DNA of 64,000 nucleotides from Lama glama (Eukaryota): positions 49,416,001 to 49,480,000 of the forward strand of contig CM052816.1 of NCBI GenBank assembly GCA_028534125.1. The letters are read 5' to 3'. The position numbers and the translations under genes were made by a program. Positions 13,286 through 27,300 of the stretch are shown piece by piece. The notes under the pieces were generated by a model. It had not been told where the DNA came from, did not search any database, and was given only the letters and a program-made list of their open reading frames with translations. Numbering within the stretch: the stretch's first letter is position 1; every line of letters starts with the position of its first letter.

Positions 13286-16200
13286 TAACTAAAATCATAG
13301 AACCCAATAAAGGAAAACTCCACGAGGTCAGAAACCTGGCTGTTTTGTTGTTGTTCATTTTGTTTTATTGGTTTTTTTTAATCCTTTTATCTTCAGTGAA
13401 CAAGCAACATTTCACATAATGTGGATTCAGTGGACATAAAAAGCATAGTAAGCTTTTTGTTGGTTTGTTGTGATAGATAATATGTAGTGAGTTGGTACGA
13501 TAAATATAGTGAACTTTTTGTTCATTGTGAGATTTTTTGTTATTTTCCTTATTTTATGTTTGCTTCCTTGTTCTGTACAAGAAGGTTGAACCCACTTGGT
13601 TTATAAATGAGGGTACTGAAGCCCAGAGAAATTGAGTGAATTATCTAGATTTAAACATTTCAAGTACAGCAACAGTTTTAACTACTCTCTTAATATACAT
13701 CCTTCATGGGGAAGTTACATGTCCATAATTTCTTTCCACAATTAACTTGGATCCCTTAGCTCTTTTACATAATAAAGAGAAACAAAAGCTGTCTCATGTA
13801 AGCAATATATGTAAAGATTTTTAACAAAGGGCATATAAGAAGTATTGATTTAGCTTGTAGTGTATTTAGTACCATTACTATTTTAAATTACTACTTGCAA
13901 TAGATAGATTTTTCCTAGAAAAATACAATTAATTAAATAAGCATTCACTACAAATCTGATTTATCTTAGATCCCTTTTCTAAATTCAGTAATACATGCAG
14001 AATTTCTGATTTAGTAGTCCAACAGCCAAACACATATGTGTTTATCTGCATATAAATGCTCAACCTAGATACACATACTGACATGCATTTGATTTAATAC
14101 TGGCATTAATGCTGCAGAAGAATGATTTAAGAAATTAATTAAAATCTTAAAATTGTTTTAATCGATTCAGTATTAGGATATAACTGTTATTTTCATTTTA
14201 AACCGTCTAAGGATAAATGTCTGTAAGGATCATAGTTTTAAAGATCATTGCACAAGTAAACATAAAGCTATTTACTTTTAAATCCTGAATCAATAGTTGA
14301 TTTTTAAAATGCAAGTTAAACACTATGGTGTTTTAATGTTGAAAATTAGTTTTAATCTCATAGTAAAGAGGATTTAAAACTTCTTATCTAAGTATCATTT
14401 TTAAAAACTATACTTTGTCATGTTTGCCTTGCAATAATATGAATAAGAGGATTTTCATATTTTAGGAAAGTAATGGAGCATCTTTAAACATATAAATTCT
14501 TTATGAAGAGCTGTGCAACAAAGAGCTCACCATCTCCTTGGCAGATTTGAAGAACAGCTCTCAATATTAAAATCTTCTTCCTTTTACTGGGCTGAGATCT
14601 GTATCTTGGTAACTTCTTTTTAGAATTTTCTCAGCTAAGCACCTTGAGAATTGTATCCGCAAGGGAACCCACAGCTCTCTTCATCCTATCAAGTACTTCT
14701 TCCTTTTCTATACAGGAAGGATAGTCTTGATGCCAGTGGTTATCCTAATGGTTTTTGGAAACCCTGGTAATGGAAGCTTATTTTGAGGCCCTGGACTGTT
14801 GAAGATGCCTTTTGCTTTGGGCATCATATTTGTTAGGTCTCTCTGTGGTTTTGGTCTATTTCCTTGATTCTAAAGGGATATATACATACCTGAAGTGATG
14901 GTTAAAGCCAGAGATTATGACAGTTAATATGCTAATCTTTTATGGCTCAAGAGGATATCCTAAAATAACTTCTTCTCAAGCAATAGTTTATTGGTAGGTA
15001 ATCTGAGATATTTATTAATTTTGTAAAATCTGCTCTGAAGGTAAAAGGTTATTATTTTATGTGTATTTTTAAATAACAGTGAAGTATACAGCTTAGAAAT
15101 AAACTATCTCAATTTAAAATAAGAAATTAAGCTTCTTTAAATGATAATGAACCTAATGGAAGAAATGTTCAAATAAGCACACTTTCTAGAGTAAAAAAAA
15201 GTCATATATACATTCTGGAAATTCAGACCAAAACATGGTTGACTGAATTCCTTTGTTACCCCATTTTTTATTGGCCAATAAAATTTCCCTTCCTGTTGTA
15301 ATAAAAAATCAGATTCTCTGAAATAAAATAAGGGAGGTAACTAATAGAGAATTAAGAATCAGCGTCTTGTGTCCTGGACGAAGTTATTTAAAGGCTCACC
15401 TAAAGTAGAATACCATGAGCAGCCACCTTATCAGTACTCCTGAGAACATGAGAAATTGATCAGCTTTAATCCTGAGCAAGGAGCATAACAAGATTAAGAG
15501 AGAATCAATAGGGCAGTCTGATCAAAACCTGGTGAATTAGGCTTTTCATACACATTACCTCCCAAACGTACAAGCCTCACAAACACTTTTATGTAAATAG
15601 TATTCATCCCATTTAACACATGAAGAAAGTAAAGCTCAGAGAGCTTACTTTATATAATTAATAAATTGTGAGAAAGAGCAGCTTGTTTGACTCAGAGCCT
15701 CACCCTTCTCGTGATACCACAAGGCAAGTCATTGTTTTTCCAAACAACACTGAGGGGAATCCAATGAGTCATGGGCTCATTTTGGGTCACTTTAGCAGTG
15801 TAGAGTAGCAGCAAGAGCAGAGGCTTTGAATCAGGTGACCTGGCCTTGGAATTTCCCTTACTGAGCTGTCAAACTTGAGTGAGTAATTTTGGATCATGGT
15901 ATCTAGTTTTCGTATTTATAAAAGACAAAGTTAAAACTGGATGTTCTAAGACTTGTTACAGATTTGAAGTTCTGTAATTATCTCACACACCTCTTTAAAT
16001 TATATTTTCCTTTTAAAACAAGAGTTACCTGGGTTTAGACAATTGTATTTATTTTTCATGTCAGTTATTAAAAATATTTGGTAATGGGATGGATTGTACT
16101 TTGCTAGATATTGGCACTACCCTTTGATAAACCTTTCAAAGTCTTCTAATGCCATTATCAGGTGTTAGGTTTCCAAATGAGTGATGTGTGGCTGACAGTC

Positions 16201-19200
16201 TTTTGATGCTGGTAATTATCTTCTTACTCAGAAACTACAAGGTCCTTTGGCTCATGTATACAGTTAAATTTTTGAAGCACAATGGCAATACTCCATTTTA
16301 TACATTTTATGTAATTCAGTGATTTGCTCATGGGAAGAAAAAGCTGATATTTGGATATAACTAGCAATATAGCATAAAATATTAATTTTTTAAATGGAAG
16401 ATTATGTACATATGATATTTGTGTAAATATACTTGTATGCATATACACATAGGCCTAGTAATTTTTTTTGAGTGAAACAAGATATTTCACGTACATTTTA
16501 AAGAAATCTAAATTTTTATGTCATTAAGTTATATTTTACTATGTAAATAAAAAAGAAATTTTCCAGGCCCTCTACCTACCACTGTTTATTTTAATATAAA
16601 CTTTCTGTTTTACAAATGAAAAAATACAGCTAAGCCAAAGGAAAAATTACCTTTAACCCCATAATACAGACATAACCATTTTTTAAATTTCTTGATATAT
16701 ATACTTCCAAATTTCTCTAAGCATTTGTCTATATAAATATAATCATAATACATATCCTCTTTTCTTAACCTGATGTATTTAATATTTCATATAAACAGAT
16801 GCAAATTATAGTAGTCAGTGCATCCAAAATATCTGACTACACAGGTATAAGAAAATTCTTTTTTTAAATTCATTATTGAATGATTTCCAATTCTTGATAT
16901 TAACAACATACAGTAAATATGTATATATATCCATCTGTGCTTGACTAATTTTTCCATTAAAATAAATCTCAAGATGTGAATTTATTAGGTGAAATGGTGA
17001 AGCAGTTTTAAAAGTTTTGATATTTACTGTTTAATCTTCCCACGGGTTTTAAAAAAAAACGACTTTACACTTGTACTTACTTCCTAACAGTCTTCCAAAC
17101 CCTGAAATCCTCTCTTAAATGATATCTAAATACTTCGGCTGCCTTGTTAACATTTTTCCATGAGATCATACAAAACACACAACTATATGAATTATAGAAA
17201 CATTAAAGATGAAGCCCTATAATAGTCCAGCCGATACTTATTTTGCCCCATGAAATGGAAGCCTACTGTTTTTGTTTGTTTGTTTTAAACCTGAAACTGT
17301 TACACTTTCTTTGAACTCCCTTTTGGGAATGGCTTGCTCACACTTTCAGTCCACGTGCTTTGGTAGAGCTGTTTCCATCCCCAGTGTTCGGAGATGTATG
17401 TGACCCACACCTCAGACATGCATGTTTCCTTCTTATTTCTATGTACAGTCCACACCTCCAGCCATATTGTAAACACACACAGTGTGTTACTGCCCTGTCT
17501 CCTCTCTCATCTCTGAATGCGTAAACATTGTATTTTTACATAGTAGAATAGAAATAGAAATAGAGTAGAAACATACAGACAAACTAGGAGCAAAATGACG
17601 ACAACAACAAAACTTCAATATTTATTGTTGGACTAGTATTTATAAGTTTTCCTAATTATCTTCAAACGTTACAGCTCCTCTACCTGCACACAAGACGATG
17701 AGCTTTTGAAGGGCTGGTTGTGATTCTTGTATTTGTTTGCCTTTTCCGCAGAGTCTTGCTTTAACAGAACAGGAGCTCAGTGAAAAGTGTGCTGATGAAT
17801 TGAAAACAAGAGTTTAATGACAAATAGAAGTAACAAAGGAGGGCCTTTTCACAGGATAGCTGATAGCCTTAAGAGCCCATAAATCCGTATTAAAGATAAG
17901 ATAAATTGAACTGCTAAACTCTGCAGGCCGCACTGGCTACAATATCTCAAAGATTAGTAACATCGTATTCCTAAACAATCACATACAGCATAAGCTATAA
18001 AATGTACAATTATACTGGCCCGATTCTATTTGGGGTATGTTATTTTATTCATTTGCCTTTTAATTTCAAAGTATATTGCCTTTCCTTATCATTGAAAATG
18101 CAGAAAAATTTTACTGGAAGCCTTGGTTTATTCTTGACATAAAGTAATTCATAGAAATAGGATGTTATCATAGTTTTATTTATAATTTTATAAATACTTA
18201 ATAATTCAAGTAAATAACTAGCTAATCAATACGTTATTCTGTGTTTAAAAATTAGAGTTTTATTTATTCATTCTTGACCCGCACGTTAGCTAGAGATGAA
18301 GCCTTTATTGCCAGCCCAGAGGGATTTCACAATATAGCAGGCAAGCCTCAGATTATTATTTGTTTCATCAAGATTTAGCTCAAAAAAGTAGAAAACTCAT
18401 GGACTTGTCAAGACATTCAGAAATGCTGTATGACTGATGCCAGAGTCAAATAACTGATACAAAAATAAATCCTGCATAACAGGAGGTTTATATGGATCAA
18501 AATGGTTTCCTATTACTTGAAACCTTCACACTATTGTGTTGCTTACCTACTGAGCATATTTTATTGCTTTTTAAATAAAAATAGTTTTATAATTTTACAG
18601 CATATTCCAAAAGGCAATATATGTAATATTTAATTTTTTAATTAAAGTTAAATTTCAAAACACTTAGAACAATGTGCTCAGAGATAAACTTTGCTAATAC
18701 TTGAATGAAAACGTGCCAGAATGCTTCCTATGTAACAATTAGCATTTTTTACAAAAACTATGTCATATCGTATATAATTATTACAGATGCATTTTTGATC
18801 ATTGAATTATGATTATTTCTCCATATTCATGAATTTTTTTCTGTGATGTGTTAAGGGTCACATGTATCCCATTGCTGAGTGTACTGTTATTTAATTGATC
18901 AAGCACATATTTGCATTTAATTAGTCTGTTAATGTTCGTTAACTGTTCGAAACAAAATTCTGGTGAATAATGGATACATTTTCCATTCTCTTTAACAAGA
19001 CTTGCATTTGTTTACTTCTCTTAGTCAGTTTGGTTGCTTTACATGATGCCCACCATGAACTAGAATTTCTAGCAGCAGTTTGTCACTTATTCTATCTGTC
19101 TTTGTTTCATTGGTAACAGAAAAATGCAGGTTACTCCACAAATTACTGAGCAACTGACTACTTCATTCTGGGGAAGGACAGAGCAATTTTATAGGATGAT

Positions 19201-19212
19201 CACAGTTCTCAC

Positions 19213-20090
19213 TAGAGGCAGATTTGCCTTGATACTAGTGAAGCTTGTGTTTCAGGGACTCTCACTTTTCACCAGCTCTTTCCAAGGCCCTGGGAGGGGG
19301 CTGGCAGTGTATTCATATGGCCATAGACTTTTGAAAATTTTGAAAAAGGAAGGTTTGTAACCATTGTCTCTTTCCAGTCCAACTCCTCCTTTGTACCTTC
19401 CTTTATGCGGGGGGTGGTAGGGAGGGTGGCATTGGAGGAGCCATGGGAATTTTGGAGCTACTGTTATAAAAAAGTTGAGATGACAATACATTTATTTTCG
19501 GTTTAATGACATTTATTTATATGGTTTGCAGTCACTTTTACTTACTGTAGGTAACTACTCACTGTTGTAGATAGCAATAACTCCATGAATATTACTACCA
19601 CTTACTACCCTGACTAACTCAGGACTAGACCTTACAGAAGTAACCTGCACCAACTGTGTGGAGAATGGAGAAACACAGTTCAACAAATACAGATCCAGAG
19701 ATCAAGTCTGTGGAATATTCCTTGAAATGTTCCACGTTGTTCATAAAAGAAAGTTAATAGAGTTTTATGAACCTTAATACCAATTCTAAAATTTCAATAT
19801 TACTGACTAGGAGTTGTGACATAAACAAAGTTAACAATTCCTGTAAAATCTTTTGATTAATCATGCTAGAGAAAAGATCAAATTATTTTTCCATCATCAC
19901 TATAGAAACTCATATTTTAAAAATTGTTCCTAGTATATATCCACAAAAATTACAGAATATATGACATGTGTCAGGCTATTAATAAAATGTTTAATTTTGT
20001 GATCTTTGAAATGAGATATAATTCAGCTTTTTAAGAATTAAAAATAAACTTGGTCATTCTAAATGATAACTTTCACTTACATTTATATAA
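19213..20090 (+). mobile_element. hAT DNA-transposon fossil (Zaphod/MER115-like, hAT-Tip100)
   Basis: Terminus TAGAGGCAGATTTGCCTTGATACTAGTGAAGCTTGTGTTTCAGGG. 19863-19907 translates MLEKRSNYFSIITIE, resembling the hAT C-terminal dimerisation motif (M.EERL..LSILSIE). Confidence 0.65.
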
Positions 20091-21029
20091 CCATTTCAAA
20101 TTAAATTGAAATATGTAATGAACAATACATATATTTATGATACATTATTTAAGGCATAATGAGAGAGAGAAAAAAGATGAAAATAGAAAGGGAGAAAGGA
20201 GGGAGACAGGGTAATGTATAAATATTCCTGTAATCTGTTTACATTTAGCATATATTCTAGAAAGGTATATTCTAAAATGTTAGCAGTTATTAAGAGGCAG
20301 AGGTAAATTTGCAAGTGAATTTTTCTAGCATTTAAAATAATCCAGATTAAACATAAACCTTTACCTTAATAATTTAAAAAATAATTAAAACCATCATGTT
20401 AGGAAAAGCGTAAAACTATTGATGTAGTTTAGTTAAACTGTAGCTAGTGTTGGACATACAACTTGTTATGAATATTTGATATAATAAATAATGTTATATA
20501 TATTATACTTGATCTAATAAATATTCTACAATAACCACTCCTATACCTGAATTGTAATCATATATGAAACTTTTAAATGAACTCCTTAGGATCAGCTCTC
20601 AGAAGTTGTTTTACAGGGTCAAAGCTTATATTTTAAGTCCATCTGTATTGCCACATTGCTTCTTAGAAGGTGGAAGCAATTAACATTTCCACTAGTGGTA
20701 CATGACAGTAGGTCATCACAGTATTTTTATGCATTGATATTTACCTTTAATTATTTTTATGATTATTTTGATCTACAGAAGTGTTTGTTTTTCATTTTTG
20801 TATAGACAGGAAATTGATCACTAACCTCTTTTGTATTTACATTAGTTTGTTTTTCCTTATTCAAAAATTGCATTGAAATTTTGACCTAATTTTTCTTTAA
20901 TTTTATGTGGTTTGATAGTAAAGCTGATTAGCTTGTTAGTAAATTTTTAATTTATTTTAGTGAATTATCCAAATGGCAGTTTTGTCTTATTTTCGAAAAT
21001 ATCCAATTACTAGAAGTACGCTACTTTAT

Positions 21030-21287
21030 TTGATCTGCAGAAATGTTTTGAGTTACACCTGCATGTTAAAAATCGGGAAGTTTCATATTAGACTTGAAGT
21101 TTTGAAAAACTAAGGTGTAGCTATTTGGGGTCTATAATCCCATAAGGCAGCAACTGACGGTAGTTGGGTAGCTGCTACACACTTTAGATTGGACATGCCT
21201 TTTCCAGTTTGCCACCACTCCTTACTCTGTTCAGTAAAGTTCATTTCACTCCTCTCTGTGCCTGCCTAATCGTAGTAGGAATTTAGT
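21030..21287. mobile_element. MER102-like hAT-Charlie relic abutting the full-length L1
   Basis: GGGTAGCTGCTACACACTTTAGATTGGACATG...TCCAGTTTGCCACCACTCC resembles the MER102 consensus as recalled. Confidence 0.55.
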
Positions 21288-21302
21288 GTAAATTTTCATT
21301 GT

Positions 21303-24300
21303 ATATTTTATGCAACTTTTAAAGGTTACACTGAATTTATAGTTACTACAAAATATTGCTGTATTCCCCATGTTGTACAGTGTATCTTTATAGCCTATCA
21401 TATACCTGATAATTTGTATGTCCTACCCCCTCACCCCAATATTGCCATCCCCCACCCCCCCAAGTAACCACTAGTTTATTGTCTATATCTTTGCTTCCTT
21501 TTTTTCTTATATTCATTAGTTTGTTGTATTTTTTTAGATTCCACATATGATATCATACAGTATTTGTCTTTCTCTGTCTGACTTATTTCCCTTTAGCATA
21601 ATACTCTCCAAGTCCATCCATGTTGCTTCAAATGGCAAAATTTCATTCTTTTTATGGCAGATTAGTGTTCCATTGTGTGTGTGTGTATATACATATATAC
21701 ATACATATATATATATACACACTACATATATATATGTAATATATACATATATATGTATGTATGTATGTATATATACACACACACTACATCTTCTTTATCC
21801 ATCCATCTGTTGATAGACACTTAGGTTGCTTCCATGTCTTGGCAATTGTAAATAATGCTGCTGTGAACATTGGAGTGAATGTATCTTTTGGAATTAGTGT
21901 TTTTGGTTTTGGTTTTGATTTTTTCCTGATGTATACCCAGGAGTGGAATTTCTGGGTCATGTGGTAGTTCTATTATTAGATTTTAAGAAACCTCCATACT
22001 GTTCTCCACAGTGACTGCACCAATTTACATTCCCTCCAGTGGTGTACTAGGTTCCTTATTCTCCACATCCTCAACATTTGTTACATTTGTTACAGAATGG
22101 TGGTAGCCATTCTAACAGGTGTGAGGTGATATCTCATGGTTTTCATTTGCATTTCCTTGATGATTAGTGATGTTAAGCATCTTTTCATGTACTTGTTGGC
22201 CATCTAAATTTCCCCTTTGAAAAAATGTCTGCTCAGTCCTTCTGCCCATTTTTTAATCAAGTTGTTTGTTTTTTGGTGTTGAGTTGTATCAGCTGTTTAT
22301 ATATGTTGAATATTAATCCCTTATCAATCATAACTTTTGCAAATATTTTCTCCTATTCAGTAGGTTGTCTTATCATTTTGTCAATGGTTTCCTTCGCTGT
22401 GCAAAAGCTTTTAAGTTTAAATAGGTCCCATTTCTTCATATTTGCTTTTGTTTTGTTTACTTTATGGAAATGTATCAAAAAACTATTGCTGTAATTTATG
22501 TCAAATAGTGGTATGCTTGTATTTTCCTCTAGGAGTTCTATAGTATCCAGTCTTATGTTTAGGTCTTTAATCCATTTTGAATTTATTTTTATGTACGGTG
22601 TTAGACAATGTTCTAATTTCATTCTTTTACACTTGACTGTCTAGTTTTACAAGCACCATTTACTGAAGAAATTCTATTTTCTCCATTGTATATTCTTGGC
22701 CCCCTTGTTGTAGATTAATTGCCCATAGTGTATGGGTTTATTTCTAAGTTCTCTGTTCTGTTTCATTGATCTAGGTGTCTGTTTTTGTGCCAGTACCATA
22801 CTGTTTTGATTACTGTAGCTTTGTATTACAGTCTGAAGTGAGGGGGCATGATTCCTCCAGCACTGTTCTTTCAAGATTGCTTTGGCTATTCTGGGTATTT
22901 TGTGCTTCCATGCAAATTTAAAAATTATTTGTTCTAGTTCTGTGAAAAATGTCATTGGTATTTTGATAGGAATTGCATTGAATCTGTGGATGCCCTTGAG
23001 TAGTATGGCCATTTTAATAGTATTAGTTCTTCCAGTCCAAGAACATGGTATATCTTTTCATCTGTTTGTGTCATCCTCAGTTTCTTTCCTTAGGCACTGA
23101 TTTTATAATTTTCCCAGTACATACCTTTTATCTCCTTAGGCAGATTTATTCCTAGGTATCTTATTCTTTTTTGATGTAATGGTAAATGGGATGGTTTCCT
23201 TAATTTCTCTTTCTGATATTTAATTGTTAATCTATAAAAATGAAACAGATTTCTGTATATTAATGTTGTATCATGCAATGTTAACAGATTCTTTGATGAG
23301 CTCTAGTAGTTTTCTGGTGGCATCTTTCGGATTTTCTATGTATAGAATCATGTCATCTGCAAACAGTGAGTTTTAATTCTAACTTTCCAATATGGATTCC
23401 TTTGGATTCTTTTTCTTCTCTGACTACTGTGGCTGGGACTTCCAAACTATGTTGAGTAAAAGTGGTGAGAGTGGGTATCCTTGTCTTGTTCCTGAAATTG
23501 GAGAAAATACTATCAGATTTTGACCATTGAGTATGAAGTTTGCTGTGGGTTTGTCATATATAGCCTTTATTATGTCCAGTTATGTTCCCTCTATTCCCAC
23601 TTTCTGTAGTTTTATCATAAATGGGTGTTAAATTTTATCAACAGATTTTTCTGCATCTGTTGAGACAATCTTATGGTATTTACCTTCAGTTTGTTAATGT
23701 GATGTATCACATTGATTAATTTGAGGACACTGAAAAATCCTTGCATCCCTGGGATAAATCCCACTTAATCATGGTTTATGATCCTTTTAATGTATTATTG
23801 AATTCAGTTTGCATTCTGTTGAGGATTTTTGCATATATTTTCATTAGTAATATTGACATGTAATTTTCTTTGTGGTGTTATGTCTTTGCTTTTGGTATCA
23901 GGGTGATGCTGGCCTCATAGAATGAATTCAGACATGTTCCTTACTCTTCATTTTGCAGGAATAGTTTGGGAAGGATACATGTTAACACTTTTCTTCAAAT
24001 ATTTGGTAATATTTACCTGTGAAGTCATCTATCTGTTCCTGGACTTTTTTCGTTGAATGTTTTTAAATTACTGATTCAATTTCATTACTGGTAATTGTTC
24101 TGTTCATATTTTCTATTTCTTCCTGGTTTAGTCTGGAAAGAGTATACCTTTCTAAGCATTTGTCCATTTATTCTAGGTTGTCCATTTTGTTTTCATATAG
24201 TTGTTTGTAGTAGTCTCTTATGATCCTTTGTTTTCTGTGGTATTAGTTGTAACTTCTCCTTTTTCCGTTCTGATTTTATTGATTTCTACCCTCTCCCCCG

Positions 24301-27300
24301 CCCTTTTGTTTTTATGAGTCTAGCTGAAGTTTTAACAATTCTGTTTATCTTTTCAAAGAACCAGCTTTTAGTTTCATTGATCTTTTCTATTATTTTTTGT
24401 CTTTATTTCATTTATTTCTGCTCTAATTTTTATGGTTTCTTTCTACAAAATTTGGGTATTGCTTGTTCTTCTTTCTCTAATTCTTTTAGGTGTAAGGCTA
24501 GGTTTTTTATTTGAGAGTTTTCATGTATCCTGAGGTAAGATTGTATTGCTCTAAGCTTCCCTCTTAGAACTGTGTTTGCTGTGTCCTACAGGTTTTGGAT
24601 CACTGTGTTTTCATTTTCATTTGCTTCTAGGTTTTTTTTATTTCCTCTTTTATTTCTTGAGTGATCTATTGACTGATTAGTAGCATATTGTTTAGGTTGC
24701 ATATATTTGTGGGGGTTTTGCATCTTTTTTTTTTTTATTTTTTGCAGTTGATTTCTAGTCTCATAGCATTGTGATTGATAAGATGCTTGATATGATTTCA
24801 GTTTTCTTAAATTTACTGGAACTTTTTTGTGGTGTAGCTTGTGATCTATCTTGGAGAATGTCCCATGTGTACTTGAAATGTGTATTCCACTGCTTTTTGG
24901 AATGCTCTCTATATATGAATTAAGGATATCTGATCTAGTGTGTCATTTAAGGCCAGTGTTTCCTTATTGATTTTCTGTCTGGTGATCTGTCCATTAATAT
25001 AAGTTGGATGTTGAAATCCCCTACTATTATTGTTACTGATGATTTCTCCTTTTATGTCTGTTAATATTTGCTTTATGTATTTTAGTGCTACTATGTTGGG
25101 TACATATATATTTACAAGTGTTATATTTTCTTCTTAGATTGACCTCTTGATAACTGTGCCATGTCAGACTTTGTCTCTTGTAACTGTATTTTAAAGTCTG
25201 TTTTGTCTGATAGAAGTATTGCTACATTGGCTTTTTTAAATTTCTATTTGCATGGGGTATCCTTTTCCATCCTCTTACTTTCAGCCTATGTCTCTAAATC
25301 TGAAGTGAGTCTCTTGTAGGCACCATATATGTATAGGTCGTGTTTCTGTATCCATTCAGCCATTGTATATCTTTTGGTTGGAGCATTTAGTTCTTTTAAA
25401 TTTGAGGTAATTCTTGATATATGTTCTTCCTGTCATTTTGTTCATTGTTTTAGATTTGCTTCTATAGGTCTTTCTTTTCCCCTTTCACTTCTTTTGTTCT
25501 CTTGTGATCTGATGACTGTTTTTAGTGTTATGTTTGGATACCTTTTTGTGTGTATGTATATCTTTTATAGATTATTGTTTTCAGTTACCATGAGGTTTTG
25601 TATAGCACTCTGTGTGAGTGTGTGTGTATGATGTATACGATTATTTGAAGTTGCTAATCTCTTAATCTCAAATGCATTTTAAATACCATGCATTTGTACT
25701 CTCCTCCCCTCATGATTATTGTTTTTGCTATCATATTTTTCATCTGATTGTTTTGTGTGTCCCTTAACTAGTTACTGTGGATATGGATTATTTTACTATT
25801 TGTGTCTTTTAATGTCCCTGCTAGCTTTTTGTATATGGCTGATAGCCTACCTTTACTGTATGTTTGCCTTTACCAGTGAGCTTTTTCATTTTGTGAATTA
25901 CTTGTTTATAGTCATGGCCTTTTCTTTTTTGCCTAGAGAAGTTCCATTAACATTTGTTGTAAAGCTGGTTTGTTGAACTCTTTAGCTTTTGCTTGTCTGT
26001 AAAGCTTTTGATCTCTCCATAAAATCTGAATGAGAGCCTTGCTGAGTAGAGTATTATTGGTTGTAGGTTTTCCCTTTTAATTATTTTAAATACACCGTGC
26101 CACCGCCCTCTGGCCTGCAGAGTTTCTGCTGAAAAATCAGCTGCTAGCATTATTGGAGTTCCCTTTTTATGTTATTTGTTGCTTTTCCCTCATTACTTTT
26201 AATATTCCCTCTTTATCTTTAATTTTTGTCACTTTAATTACAGTGTGTCTAGGTGTATTCCTCTGTATAGGAGTCTCTGTGCTTCCTGGACTAGAACAAC
26301 TGTTTACTTTCCCTGTTGAGGGACATTTTCAGCTGATATGTCTTCAAATATTTTCTTAGCTTCCTTCTCTCTTCTCCTTCTGGGACTTCTATAATGCCAA
26401 TATTAGTGTGCTTGATGTTGTCCCAAAGGTCTCTTAAACTATCCTCATTCCTTTCTATTCTTTTTTTCTTTTTTCTGTTCAGCAGCAGTGATATCTACCA
26501 CTCTGTCTTCCAGCTCACCAACCCAGGCCTCTGTATTATTTAATCTACTGTAGTTTCCTTCTGGTGTATTTTTTTTCACTTATTGTATTCCTCACCTCTG
26601 TTTGGTCATTCTTTATATTTTCTAATTCTTTGTTAAAAACATCTATCTTGTCGCTCTGTGCATCCATTCTTCTTCCAAATTCTTTGGTCATCTTTATGAT
26701 CATTACTCTGAACTCTTACTCAGGTCAATTGCCTAAATCCACTTTACTTAGTTCTACTCCTAGGGTTTTATCTTGTTTCTTCATCTAGAACGTGTTCCTC
26801 TTCTGCTTCATTTTGCCTAAGTTGATATTTGTATTTTTAGGTTATCTTTAGGTAACCTAGTAAGTAGGTTACTTACATTTCCTGACCCTAAGAAGTAGCT
26901 CTCTGTAGGAGATGTCTATGCATCCCAGAAGTGCATTCCATTCTAATTATCCAAGCTATGGGTGCATCCTTCTGTTGTAGTGGGCTGTGTAGGTGGTCTT
27001 ATAGGCTTGGTTGCCCCTGGCCCAATTGGTTTCTAGGTTCTGCCTTGTGTGGATGCTGCTGACTGCTTATTAGTGGCACCTGGTAATAAGGCAGTTGGCT
27101 GCACAACCCTAGGGAGTCCTGGTGCTAGTGCTGGCTCACCAGTGAGCAGAATCAGGGTCCTGAAGACTTCAAGGCTCTTGCCTGCCCACTGGTGAGTATT
27201 CCAGGTCCTGGGATTAGTGCCAGACTACTGGCAGGCAGAGCTGGTTCCTGAAGTCTGGCTATAGGGCCTAGGGATTCACAGAACTTGTTTCAGACCATTG

